DNA of 64,000 nucleotides from Myxococcota bacterium (GTDB lineage Bacteria; Myxococcota_A; Polyangia; Polyangiales; Houyiibacteriaceae): NCBI GenBank assembly GCA_039030515.1, contig JBCCEA010000001.1, positions 1 to 64,000 of the forward strand, read 5' to 3'. Shown piece by piece: positions 55,335 to 64,000 of this stretch (position 1 is its first letter; each line of letters starts with the position of its first letter). The notes under the pieces were generated by a model. It saw only the letters and a program-made list of their open reading frames with translations, ran no database searches and was not told where the DNA came from. The position numbers and the translations under genes were made by a program.

Positions 55335-56087
55335 TCAGCGAGCGGCGAGGTCGCGCGCGGCGCGTTCATCGATTTGTTTGAAGTTGTCGATGACTTTCTG
55401 AAAAGCATCGAATGCCCGGCTGGCCGTAATCAACTCGGTCATTCCCTGCACTGCATTCATATTGCTGGTTTCGAGAGAGCCCTGAACGACCTGAACCTCT
55501 CCTGGCAAGACCGCAGGTAGTGGATCGGGCGCACGAAACAGGGTGAGTCCCTCTTTTTCCAGCTGCGCTAAGTCGAAGCGTACGATTCGTAGCCGACCGA
55601 CCTCAGCGCCGTCCGCGTGTATCGTGCCATCACTGCCGATTACGATTTCTGCAGCATCCTCGGGAATACGAATCTCGGCGGTTCTGGGATCGTTTGGATT
55701 TCCCTCCGCGGAAAGGACCTGATGACCGCCTGGAGAACGCAAAAGTCCCTCTGCGTCGGTACGAAAAGAACCGGCACGCGTATAGCGCACGCCCGCGTTT
55801 GTTTGCAGAGCGAACAAACCCTCTCCCTGTAGGGCGAGGTCTAAAGGAGCTCCCGTAGACTCGAGGGTACCGGGGGCCGCATCGATCCCGACCTCTGCGA
55901 CCCCCACGTAGCGGAGCGGCTGCACCACGTCCGGATCGCCTGACGCGCCTGCAAGGGTCTCCCTAAAGGCGACTCGATCGGCGCGAAAGCCGGTGGTGCC
56001 CGCATTGGCGACGTTGTTGGCCACCACACTCAGGTTTCGCTCCTGAGCGATCGCTCCCGACAAAGCGCTATAGATACCGTCACTCAT
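55335..56087 (-). CDS. flgF: Flagellar proximal rod protein FlgF
   Basis: ANNVANAGTTGF, TGAPLDLALQG, YTRAGSF, GSLETSN; precedes flgG. Confidence 0.88.
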   Translation of the reverse strand: MSDGIYSALSGAIAQERNLSVVANNVANAGTTGFRADRVAFRETLAGASGDPDVVQPLRYVGVAEVGIDAAPGTLESTGAPLDLALQGEGLFALQTNAGVRYTRAGSFRTDAEGLLRSPGGHQVLSAEGNPNDPRTAEIRIPEDAAEIVIGSDGTIHADGAEVGRLRIVRFDLAQLEKEGLTLFRAPDPLPAVLPGEVQVVQGSLETSNMNAVQGMTELITASRAFDAFQKVIDNFKQIDERAARDLAAR

Positions 56088-56797
56088 TCTGAATCACTCT
56101 TAATTCGTGAACGCAGCCGAGCGGTTGCCTCACCTAGGAGTTGACATATGCGGCTTTCGGTAACGTCGAGTATCTTACCTATCTCCGCCTGAGTGCATTC
56201 TTCTTGATAGTAGAGTGCCAGCACCAACTGAGTACGCTGAGGTAGCTTACCGATCGCAGATATCAGTTTTGAGTGCAGTCGTTCCTGTTCGAGTAGGCCT
56301 TCTGGATCTTTGCCGGCGTTGGCGATCTCATCGGGTTCGACTTCCCCAAGGCGTCCCAACGCTGGAGCTCGTGCCAAATGCTCCATAAGCTTTTGGAACT
56401 GCTCTAAGGGTATAGAAAGCCTTGCGGAGATCTCCTCCTCTGTCGGTTCTGTGCCGTATTCTTGTCTCAGCTCGCGAATGGTCTTTTCAACCTCTGCCAT
56501 CCGTCTCCGCCCGTGTCGGGTCATCGGATCTGCCGCACGGAGCTCGTCGAGAATGGCTCCGCGGATTCGGGTGTCCGCATAGGGTTCGAAACGTGGATTT
56601 ACTTTTTCGTCATAGGCGTTTACCGCCTTAAGCAGGCCCTCGGTTCCGGCAGATATCAAATCGTCCACCTCCACGTTGGGAGGCAGTCTACGCGCCATTC
56701 GAAACGCGATGCGTCGGACTCTGGTCAGGCCAACGCGAACCAACTCGTCTCGTTTGGACTCTCGACCGTAGACCTTATGTACTGCGTGGCCTAACAC
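56084..56797 (-). CDS. fliA: Flagellar sigma factor sigma28
   Basis: RLPPNVEVDDL, RIRGAILDELR, LALYYQEE...EIG..L.VTESRICQL. Confidence 0.95.
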   Translation of the reverse strand: MLGHAVHKVYGRESKRDELVRVGLTRVRRIAFRMARRLPPNVEVDDLISAGTEGLLKAVNAYDEKVNPRFEPYADTRIRGAILDELRAADPMTRHGRRRMAEVEKTIRELRQEYGTEPTEEEISARLSIPLEQFQKLMEHLARAPALGRLGEVEPDEIANAGKDPEGLLEQERLHSKLISAIGKLPQRTQLVLALYYQEECTQAEIGKILDVTESRICQLLGEATARLRSRIKSDSE

Positions 56798-57654
56798 ATT
56801 TGCCTCGGTGTCGACGGCAGAGGTAATAGTCTTCGCACGATCGTTTCGATGGCGCGTGCCGCTACTCCAGATGCTGCACCCAGCACAAATGGGGTTCCGC
56901 TTGAAACGGCCTCTCGTACTTTTTCATCTCGAGGAATGGAACCGAGATACTTCATTTCAAGAGTCAAAAACCTGCGGACGATCCCATCGATGCGGTCGTA
57001 GAGCGCAGCGCCCTCAGCATCGTTGACTACTTGGTTGGCGACGACTTGAATTCGGTCGAGTCCAGCGCGCCGGTGCAGCACTTTCGCCATGGCGTAGGCG
57101 TCCCGCAGCGAAGTCGGATCCGGGGTGCATACCAGGAACACCTCGTCTGCGTAGGCTGCAAAGTCGACCGCATTGCTTCCAATTCCTGCGCCGGTGTCGA
57201 TGACGAGCACATCGAACCCTTCGGCTACTTCTTCTACCGCCTCTATGAGCGCCCGGCGTTCCTTGGTTCCAATATTGGCCATCTCGTATCGGCCAGGGCA
57301 GGCTGGAATCAGTTTTACTCCGCACGGTCCTTCGATGAGGATATCTCCTATTTTGCATTGTCCGCTAAGAACCGAGCGCAAGTCGTTTACGGGCTGCAGG
57401 CCAAGTGCAAGGTCTAGACTCGCGAGGCCGAGGTCCGCATCTAAGAGAAGTACTGAAAGTTCACCCTGTTTCGCCAGCGCTACACCTACGTTGGCGGAAA
57501 CCTGGGTTTTCCCCACGCCTCCCTTACCACTGGTGACCGCAATCGTGAGTGGACCGCCATCGCCTCGGTGGAAGTTGATTTTGGTGCGTCCTTCGTCTTT
57601 GCTGTCGTCTTTGACGACTCGAAGCCCCGCCGCCTGATCAGATAGCCGTTGCAT
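56791..57654 (-). CDS. flhG: MinD-like flagellar number regulator FlhG/FleN
   Basis: SGKGGVGKT, DADLGLA, IDTGAGI, PDPTSLRDAY. Confidence 0.93.
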   Translation of the reverse strand: MQRLSDQAAGLRVVKDDSKDEGRTKINFHRGDGGPLTIAVTSGKGGVGKTQVSANVGVALAKQGELSVLLLDADLGLASLDLALGLQPVNDLRSVLSGQCKIGDILIEGPCGVKLIPACPGRYEMANIGTKERRALIEAVEEVAEGFDVLVIDTGAGIGSNAVDFAAYADEVFLVCTPDPTSLRDAYAMAKVLHRRAGLDRIQVVANQVVNDAEGAALYDRIDGIVRRFLTLEMKYLGSIPRDEKVREAVSSGTPFVLGAASGVAARAIETIVRRLLPLPSTPRQMC

Positions 57655-57656
57655 TG

Positions 57657-58640
57657 CTACAGTTCCTCCCCCGACAAGAGACTTGCCAAACGCTCCGCAG
57701 ATGCTGTTTCGATGTCCTCAGGAACTCTCTGACCGATAGTGAAGTACGAAAAGGGTAGTCCAGAGAGTACCTGAGCCTCGATGATCGAGCCGTGAAGAAG
57801 CGCTTCATCCAATTTTGTACACAAGAGTTTCAATGGTCGAAGAACCGCATGACGGTCAATACAGGCAGAGAGCTCATGATCTCGCATACCGGCAGTCATG
57901 CAGAGATGAACTTCCACCGGCTCCTGAACTCGCTGCAAGGTCTCTGCCATTTCTGCGAGTGCCACTCTGTCTTTTGGAGAGCGGCCTGCGGTATCGACCA
58001 ACACCAGGTCCGCGCCTTCCAATCGACGTAGCGCGATCTCAAGCGAGGAGGAGTCATGCGCTATTTCCATAGGAACTCCGATTAGATCGGCGTACCTCTC
58101 GAGCTGCTCGGCTCCTCCAACTCGGTACTGGTCGATGGTGATCAGTCCAACCTGTTTGTCGTGGATGAGGGATTGTTGCGCCGCTAGCTTTGCAATCGTT
58201 GTCGTTTTTCCGACACCTGTGGGACCTACGAGCGCCAAGACTCTGGCGCTTTCCTTTCGGATCGGTCCGTCAAACTGCATCTCAAGCGCGAGTGCTGCCT
58301 CGAGCGACGGTCGAGCGAGTCCCATGGACAGCGGCTCGCCTTCTTCCCGCTGTCGTACGATGGTCGATAGGGCGCGTGCAGCGGTTGGAGGAACGCCCGC
58401 CCGTACTAGCTCGCTTTCGACCATCCCGCTGGCGTGTCTGTGACGCGTGTTGGGTCGACTCGGCGTGATCCCTAGGTTGAGTGCAACTTTCTCGCTCACC
58501 GCTTTGACCTCGATCTGGGAGGGTCCCAATGGGTCTCCCGGGACTTGGCGCGAAGAAAGGATGATCGCATCGGGGCCTAGTTCTTTTTTTACGTGAGCCA
58601 GTACTTCCTCAAAGCGTCTTGCTCGAAATACGCGTTCCAT
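57657..58640 (-). CDS. flhF: SRP-type GTPase FlhF
   Basis: VKKELGPDAIILSSR, GPTGVGKTTT, DTAGR, TKLDE, GQRVPEDI. Confidence 0.94.
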   Translation of the reverse strand: MERVFRARRFEEVLAHVKKELGPDAIILSSRQVPGDPLGPSQIEVKAVSEKVALNLGITPSRPNTRHRHASGMVESELVRAGVPPTAARALSTIVRQREEGEPLSMGLARPSLEAALALEMQFDGPIRKESARVLALVGPTGVGKTTTIAKLAAQQSLIHDKQVGLITIDQYRVGGAEQLERYADLIGVPMEIAHDSSSLEIALRRLEGADLVLVDTAGRSPKDRVALAEMAETLQRVQEPVEVHLCMTAGMRDHELSACIDRHAVLRPLKLLCTKLDEALLHGSIIEAQVLSGLPFSYFTIGQRVPEDIETASAERLASLLSGEEL

Positions 58641-58667
58641 CGCTTCATTTGCTCCTTGTAAAAGGCA

Positions 58668-60716
58668 CTAAGATCGGATCACCCCGAGGTTTCGCACGGT
58701 GGTTTTGGGTTCGATTTCACGATAAGAAAGAACAGACAAACCCGGTATGCGCCGAGTTAGAAAGTCCGACACTCTGCATCGCACATCAGGTGCACATACA
58801 ACTACCGGAGGAGTGTTCACCCCGGCAAACGCTCGGGCAGCCTGGTCGAGAGAAGAGAGAATGCGCTGCGATGCGCCAGCGTCCGGACCTCCAGAGCGAA
58901 ACGCTTCTTCCGCTCTTGGATCCAGTACTAGGGCGGCGACCGCCCCATCCTCACCACGAAACCTCTCGGTGATGTGTCGTGCAAGGCGTGCTCGAACTCG
59001 CTCGCATAGCTCGGCGGGATCTTTGACGTCTCGAGCATGGTCGGCTAGCGCTTCAAGAATGGTTCTTAGATCCCTTATGGAGACCGACTCCGACAAGAGA
59101 TTTCGCATCACCTGAATGACTTGGCCGAGTGGAAGTAGATTGGGAATCAGCTCGTCTACGAGCTGCGGCTGGGTCTTTGCGAAGAGGTCGATGATCTCCT
59201 GAGCTTCGCTTCGGCCGAGAAGTTCCGGGGCGATGGAGCGCAGCAGTTCCGTGAGGTGGGTGGCGCCTACGGTGGCGGCGTCGACCACCGTGTATCCAAG
59301 TGCCTCGGCGTTGTCCCGTTCTGAAGGCGAAACCCATTGCGCCATCAGTCCAAAGGCGGGCTCTCGAATCTTTTCGCCCTTGAGCGCGGGAAGATTGCCG
59401 GCGGGGTCCATAGCCAAGAACTGACCAGGCCGGAGCGACCCCTTGCCGACCTCGTTGCCCGAGAGGAGCAGCCGGTAACCGTTGGACTCGAGGCGAAGGT
59501 TGTCTCGAATATGAATGGACGGGATGATCACTCCGAGTTCGGCAGCCAAGTTGCGACGGATCGCGGTGATGCGTTCCACGAGCTCGCCGCCTTTTTCCGA
59601 ATCGACGAGAGGTACGAGTTGAAAACCTACCTCCAGTTCCAGCAGGTCGACCGGCAACATTCGCTCGATCTTTTCTCGTTCGGAAGGCTCGACCAGTTCT
59701 CCTTCTTCGGTGGGACCCGCTTCTCCCTCCTTATCGTAGTCTTTGAAACGCTCCGATTGACGCGCTCCATAGCCCAGCGCTCCTGCCAGTAGAAAGAAAG
59801 GCAGCACCGGCATTCCCGGAAGTAGTCCTACAAAGCCAAGTACGCCTGAGGCGAGGTACAGCGCGTTGCCCTGCTGGCCGAACTGCCGCAGAAGTGCAGG
59901 GCCAAGAGCAGCTCCGGCAGCAGCGCGGGTGACGACAACACCTGCTGCAGTAGACACGAGCAGTGCAGGAATCTGAGAGCCGAGTCCATCGCCGACCGTG
60001 AGTATGGTGTACGTTGAGGCTGCATCTGATGCGCTTAAATCGTTCTGGACGATTCCAACAATGAACCCAACCACGATATTGATCGCGGTCATGAGCAGAC
60101 CTGCTACCGCGTCTCCTCGAACGAACTTGCTGGCTCCATCCATCGCACCGAAGAAGTCGGCTTCCTGACCGATCTCTTTTCTTCGGTCTCGCGCCTCATC
60201 TTGGGTCAAAGCGCCAGATGCCAAGTCGGCATCGATAGCCATCTGTTTGCCTGGAAGTGCATCCAAGGTAAAGCGAGCACTCACTTCAGCGACTCTGCCG
60301 GCGCCTTTGGTGATCACCACAAAGTTGATGATCACGAGCAGAATGAAGACGGTTCCACCGACTAGATAGTTGCCTCCAATGATGAACTCTCCAAATGCCC
60401 GGATCACGTTCCCCGCTGCGGCTGTACCCGAGTGTCCCTCCAGCAAGATCAGCCGAGTTGAAGCGACATTTAGCGCCAGGCGCAAAAGCGTCGAGAAGAG
60501 CAAGATGCTGGGAAAAGCAGAAAGGTCTAGCGGCTTGTCGAGATGGATGCTGATGAGAAGCAGTGCGACCGAAAGAGCGATCGAGGAGGCGAGCAGGAGA
60601 TCGAGAATGACCGCAGGCAGTGGAACGACCATGAGGAGCACGATGCCCACCAGAATCAAGGGAACGATCGACGCAACCATTTGAGGTCCTCGCAGAATAC
60701 GCATGACGTCGTTCAT
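58668..60716 (-). CDS. flhA: Flagellar export gate protein FlhA
   Basis: RVAEVSARFTLDALPGKQMAIDADL, FFGAMDGASKFVRGDA, IGDGL-like TVGDGL. Confidence 0.97.
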   Translation of the reverse strand: MNDVMRILRGPQMVASIVPLILVGIVLLMVVPLPAVILDLLLASSIALSVALLLISIHLDKPLDLSAFPSILLFSTLLRLALNVASTRLILLEGHSGTAAAGNVIRAFGEFIIGGNYLVGGTVFILLVIINFVVITKGAGRVAEVSARFTLDALPGKQMAIDADLASGALTQDEARDRRKEIGQEADFFGAMDGASKFVRGDAVAGLLMTAINIVVGFIVGIVQNDLSASDAASTYTILTVGDGLGSQIPALLVSTAAGVVVTRAAAGAALGPALLRQFGQQGNALYLASGVLGFVGLLPGMPVLPFFLLAGALGYGARQSERFKDYDKEGEAGPTEEGELVEPSEREKIERMLPVDLLELEVGFQLVPLVDSEKGGELVERITAIRRNLAAELGVIIPSIHIRDNLRLESNGYRLLLSGNEVGKGSLRPGQFLAMDPAGNLPALKGEKIREPAFGLMAQWVSPSERDNAEALGYTVVDAATVGATHLTELLRSIAPELLGRSEAQEIIDLFAKTQPQLVDELIPNLLPLGQVIQVMRNLLSESVSIRDLRTILEALADHARDVKDPAELCERVRARLARHITERFRGEDGAVAALVLDPRAEEAFRSGGPDAGASQRILSSLDQAARAFAGVNTPPVVVCAPDVRCRVSDFLTRRIPGLSVLSYREIEPKTTVRNLGVIRS

Positions 60717-61768
60717 CAGATTTGACCCTTCAGTCTCAACACGTGAGCGATGATTGCAGCAACAGACTCATAGAGTTCGACGGGAATAGGCTGGCCGACC
60801 TTGACGTCTCTATACATGGCGCGCGCAACTGGTTTGTTCTCGAGTATCGGTATTCCGCGTTTGCGAGCTTTTTCCCGCATCTTCATGGCAACGTTGTCCA
60901 CGCCTTTTGCAATGACGATCGGTGCAGTATCTCCACCAGATTCATAACGAAGAGCGATCGAGATATGGGTTGGATTGGTCACCAAGCAGGTGGCTTTTTC
61001 CACATCGGCGACAGCCCTGCGGTTGGCGGCTTCGCGCTGCTTCCGGCGTCGTTTTCCCCGTAGATGCGGATCTCCCTCTGCCTCCTTATGTTCGTCTTTG
61101 ACCTCCTGCTTGCTCATCTTGTTGTCGTCAGCGAACTTTTTGCGGTTGTACCACCAGTCAAACGCAGCGATCAGGGCGAACGCGATGCTCCCCTGTATTG
61201 CCACCTGCCCTGCAACCGAAAGCACCATCGATGCTCCGGTGATCGGCTGAGTTGCAGCAAGCATGGCAAATGCTGGGGTAGCTTCTGCGACGAGCCGGAA
61301 TACCACTGCGCCCAAGAGAAGGAGTTTGGTCATCTGCTTGAGCAGTTCGATGGCACTCTCTTTACCTGGGAGAATCTTTTTTAGCTGAGGTATTGGATTA
61401 AAGCGCTCAGGCTTTGGCATCAGTGGTTTGAAGCTGAAAAACCAGCGCGTTTGGAGTATCCCGGAGATCACCGCTGCGAGCATGGTGAGTATCACAAAGG
61501 GCAGTAGAGTCCTTTGGAGCACACTCATCGCTGAGGCAAGAGCGAGTGCGGGATTGTCGACGAATTCGAATCGAAACATTCGTGTAGAGAAACCATGGAG
61601 TCCAAGCCAGAGAGAGTCGCCGAGCAAAGCGATGCATATGCATCCGGTGATCAGAACGACAGCGGCGCCGATGTCGGCACTCTTTGCTATTTTGCCTTCT
61701 TCGCGCAGTTTCGCTTTGCGCTTCGCTGATGCTTCTTCTGTTTTTGAGGATTTGTCTTGCTCGGCCAC
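60716..61768 (-). CDS. flhB: Flagellar export switch protein FlhB
   Basis: KTEEAS, MSKQEVKDEHKEAEGDP, NPTH autocleavage motif. Confidence 0.96.
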   Translation of the reverse strand: MAEQDKSSKTEEASAKRKAKLREEGKIAKSADIGAAVVLITGCICIALLGDSLWLGLHGFSTRMFRFEFVDNPALALASAMSVLQRTLLPFVILTMLAAVISGILQTRWFFSFKPLMPKPERFNPIPQLKKILPGKESAIELLKQMTKLLLLGAVVFRLVAEATPAFAMLAATQPITGASMVLSVAGQVAIQGSIAFALIAAFDWWYNRKKFADDNKMSKQEVKDEHKEAEGDPHLRGKRRRKQREAANRRAVADVEKATCLVTNPTHISIALRYESGGDTAPIVIAKGVDNVAMKMREKARKRGIPILENKPVARAMYRDVKVGQPIPVELYESVAAIIAHVLRLKGQI

Positions 61769-61807
61769 TACGGCCTTCCTTTTCGGACCACGGTTGCTTT
61801 CTGGATG

Positions 61808-61823
61808 TGCAGCGAATATGCCA
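61808..61823 (-). promoter_or_regulatory. Putative sigma54 promoter of the flhB operon
   Basis: Minus strand TGGCATATTCGCTGCA = GG-N10-GC, about 40 nt upstream of flhB, with an AT-rich tract further upstream. Confidence 0.55.
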
Positions 61824-62099
61824 TTCCAGTTAGGTGACCTATTCGGTGCGAGGTGCGGGTACGGCTCTTTACTTGATCAGAAAAATCCCACTCAAGGTGT
61901 GACTCAATTCGCCCGATCGTAAGGAAAAATAGCGATTTTGATTTTCGCTACACTTCAGTAGTTGCAGGGTATTGTGCTGCATTTTGATCGACATGCTCGT
62001 CAGTCGTCGTGCACGTTGACGTCACCGCACTGACATTTGAAGGCCCAACTTTGACGAGATGAAGCAGGGGGCGAGGTGCAGCCTCGGTTCGGTTACCTC

Positions 62100-62134
62100 T
62101 TGATTTCAGCGCCGTGATTGATTTCAGCGCCGTG
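62100..62134. repeat. 17-bp direct repeat TTGATTTCAGCGCCGTG x2 (period 18)
   Basis: Read directly in the fliR-flhB spacer. Confidence 0.85.
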
Positions 62135-62180
62135 GGCCATGAAGGCGCTGGACTTGTCTTCGCTCTGAATTAACCGGGGG

Positions 62181-62966
62181 CTAGGCTCCTCGGAGCGCTC
62201 GGAGAATCTCGTAGGGCAGTCCTTGAATTTGAACCCCGATCGCGGTCGCAATGCTTGATGCTGCGATGTACAGGGTAAGCAGGCCGGCGGCGGTGGCGAT
62301 TGCAAAGCTCATGGCAAAGATCTGCACGCGAGGGGCGGCGCGAGAGGCAAGTCCTGTGCCCAGCTGTACGATAAACATGGTCGCCACGACTGGCGCGGCG
62401 ATGCGTAGCGCCTGGGTAATCATTTGAGTCGAAACCCGCAGGACGCCGCCGGAGGCAAATGTAGCGAAGGTGTTGCCGGGCGGAGCGAGGACGATACTCG
62501 CCTGGAGCGCTTCGAGCACGACATGATGCCCTGAGAGCACCAGAAAGATGACGACTGCGAGAATGTTGAATATGCGGCTGGTAGGAAGATTGGTTTCTCC
62601 GAAGGTCGGATCGATGCTCGTTGCAAATCCAAGACCCATGGAAAAGCCGGCTGCCGTACCCGCAATCTCCGTTGCCGCAAATACGCAGCGTACAGTGAGT
62701 CCAATGAGCATGCCGATCAGCATTTCTCCCAGTCCTCCTCGCAGTAGCGCGATGACGTTGATGGAAAAAGAGTCGGTAAGATGCATATTGGGAAGAGTCA
62801 GCGCCCATGCAACAAAAAGACCGATCGCCATCCTTATCTGTACGGGAGTCGTGCTGCCGAAAGGTGCTGGGAGCAGCGCTAGAGTGACCCCGACGCGAAT
62901 CGCTATCAGCATCATCAGTGGAGCGAAGTGAAGAAATGCAGAGCTCAATTCTAAGCTATCGCGCAT
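62181..62966 (-). CDS. fliR: Flagellar export protein FliR
   Basis: PAPFG...PVQIR, GEMLIG, MGLGFATSIDP, SRAAPRVQIF; multi-TM. Confidence 0.93.
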   Translation of the reverse strand: MRDSLELSSAFLHFAPLMMLIAIRVGVTLALLPAPFGSTTPVQIRMAIGLFVAWALTLPNMHLTDSFSINVIALLRGGLGEMLIGMLIGLTVRCVFAATEIAGTAAGFSMGLGFATSIDPTFGETNLPTSRIFNILAVVIFLVLSGHHVVLEALQASIVLAPPGNTFATFASGGVLRVSTQMITQALRIAAPVVATMFIVQLGTGLASRAAPRVQIFAMSFAIATAAGLLTLYIAASSIATAIGVQIQGLPYEILRALRGA

Positions 62967-63031
62967 GGCTTCTCGAGGCATCGATCTTTGACTGGTTCGG
63001 CGCGGCAGATCGCAGTCATCGGATCGAGGCG

Positions 63032-63301
63032 TTAGGGCCCTAGCTGTCCCATGGTCTGAAAGGCAGCGATGCAAAAATCCTTGAGTTGTTGCAGGATCCA
63101 GGCGCCGCTTACGAGGAGTGCCACGACGGCTCCGATCGCCTTGGGTGCAAAGGCTACGGCTTGGTCGTTGACCTGAGTCGCGGCCTGCAAGATCGCCATG
63201 AAGAGTCCGATGATGACCACTGCAGCGACCGGCGGTGCCGCCGTAACAACCGCCGTCCACAGCATTTCCCGAAACCAGTCTAACGCGAAGGCAGCACTCA
63301 T
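63032..63301 (-). CDS. fliQ: Flagellar export protein FliQ
   Basis: GLFMAILQAATQVNDQAVAFAPK. Confidence 0.94.
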   Translation of the reverse strand: MSAAFALDWFREMLWTAVVTAAPPVAAVVIIGLFMAILQAATQVNDQAVAFAPKAIGAVVALLVSGAWILQQLKDFCIAAFQTMGQLGP

Positions 63302-63308
63302 TGGATCC

Positions 63309-64000
63309 TCATGAAAAAGAGCTTGCGACCGACTGCATGAGCAGCGCCCATCCGTCGACGACGACGAAGAGAAGAAGTTTCATCGGAGTGGAGACCATGG
63401 TGGGGGGCAGCATCACCATGCCCATCGAGGTCAGCATGGAGGCGACGATGATGTCGACGAGCACGAAGGGTAGAAAAAGCAAGAAGCCCATCTCGAAACC
63501 GGTGCGTAGCTCGCTGATCATGAATGCGGGCACTAGAGTGTAGAGCGAAACTTCGTCTTTACTCTCGGGTCTTGGAGATTGACTTAGGTCGTAGAATAGG
63601 AGCAGGTCGCTCTCTCGCGTTTGGCGCAGCATCCAACCTCCGAGGACCGCTTCGATCCGCTCAAAGAACGCTTTGTCGTCGAGTTCTTCCTGGATGTACG
63701 GTTCCAAGGCCTCGGTGTTGAGGCGACTTGCAACAGGCGCCATCACCACCGTTGTGAGCATAAGTGACAGTGCAAGAATCACCTGAACCGGGGGTACGTT
63801 TTGCGTTCCCATCGCTTGCCGCACAAAGGAAAGCACTACGACGATCCGAGTGAACGAGGTCATCGAGATCAGGATGGCCGGTGCGATCGAGAGCACGGTC
63901 ATCAACAACAGCACTTTGAGAGCCGGAACCATTTGTTCGGGCCCTTCGACATTTCCTAGGGAAAACGTTACTTCAGGCAGGGTAGGTTGGGCAAATGCCG
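63309..64000 (-). CDS. fliP: Flagellar export protein FliP (5'-truncated by the window)
   Basis: MTSFTRIVVVL, PAFMISELRTGF, LPFVLVD, MGMVMLPP, KLLLFVVVDGW; frame open to the window end. Confidence 0.96.
   Translation of the reverse strand, partial: AFAQPTLPEVTFSLGNVEGPEQMVPALKVLLLMTVLSIAPAILISMTSFTRIVVVLSFVRQAMGTQNVPPVQVILALSLMLTTVVMAPVASRLNTEALEPYIQEELDDKAFFERIEAVLGGWMLRQTRESDLLLFYDLSQSPRPESKDEVSLYTLVPAFMISELRTGFEMGFLLFLPFVLVDIIVASMLTSMGMVMLPPTMVSTPMKLLLFVVVDGWALLMQSVASSFS

Noticed and set aside
62967..63260. Long N-terminal extension of FliR
   Set aside because: Overlaps fliQ in another frame; FliR similarity begins after ATG 62966
58668..64000. Non-flagellar (injectisome) type III secretion system
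   Set aside because: Export genes are linked to flhF, flhG, fliA, rod, ring and flagellin genes, so they are flagellar

Overview
Bacterial chromosome segment; protein style (RpoB N-terminus, HDOD proteins, Cys-rich lipoproteins) suggests Myxococcota/deltaproteobacterial affinity (inference). 1-12.9 kb is the tuf-rpmG-tRNA-Trp-secE-nusG-rplKAJL-rpoBC cluster. 13-26 kb holds minus-strand genes: thymidine phosphorylase, rnr, lipoproteins, a rhomboid-like protein, sucA and a GGDEF protein. 26.5-64 kb is a large flagellar locus: three short flagellins, fliD, fliS, flgAHI-J-like-MNKL, cheX/cheY, flgFG, fliA, flhG/F/A/B and fliRQP. The most unusual items are: (i) a ~5 kb insertion (48.2-53.3 kb) encoding two paralogous eukaryote-like RING-finger proteins with C-terminal transmembrane anchors plus a decayed third copy; (ii) a single-ORF CsrA-FliW fusion, with GGA-loop hairpins in the flagellin leaders; (iii) an FlgJ-position protein whose C-terminal domain looks like a Cys/His hydrolase rather than the usual muramidase; (iv) a 124-bp tandem repeat with terminal inverted repeats just upstream of csrA-fliW. 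All calls come from reading the sequence; no database searches were run.
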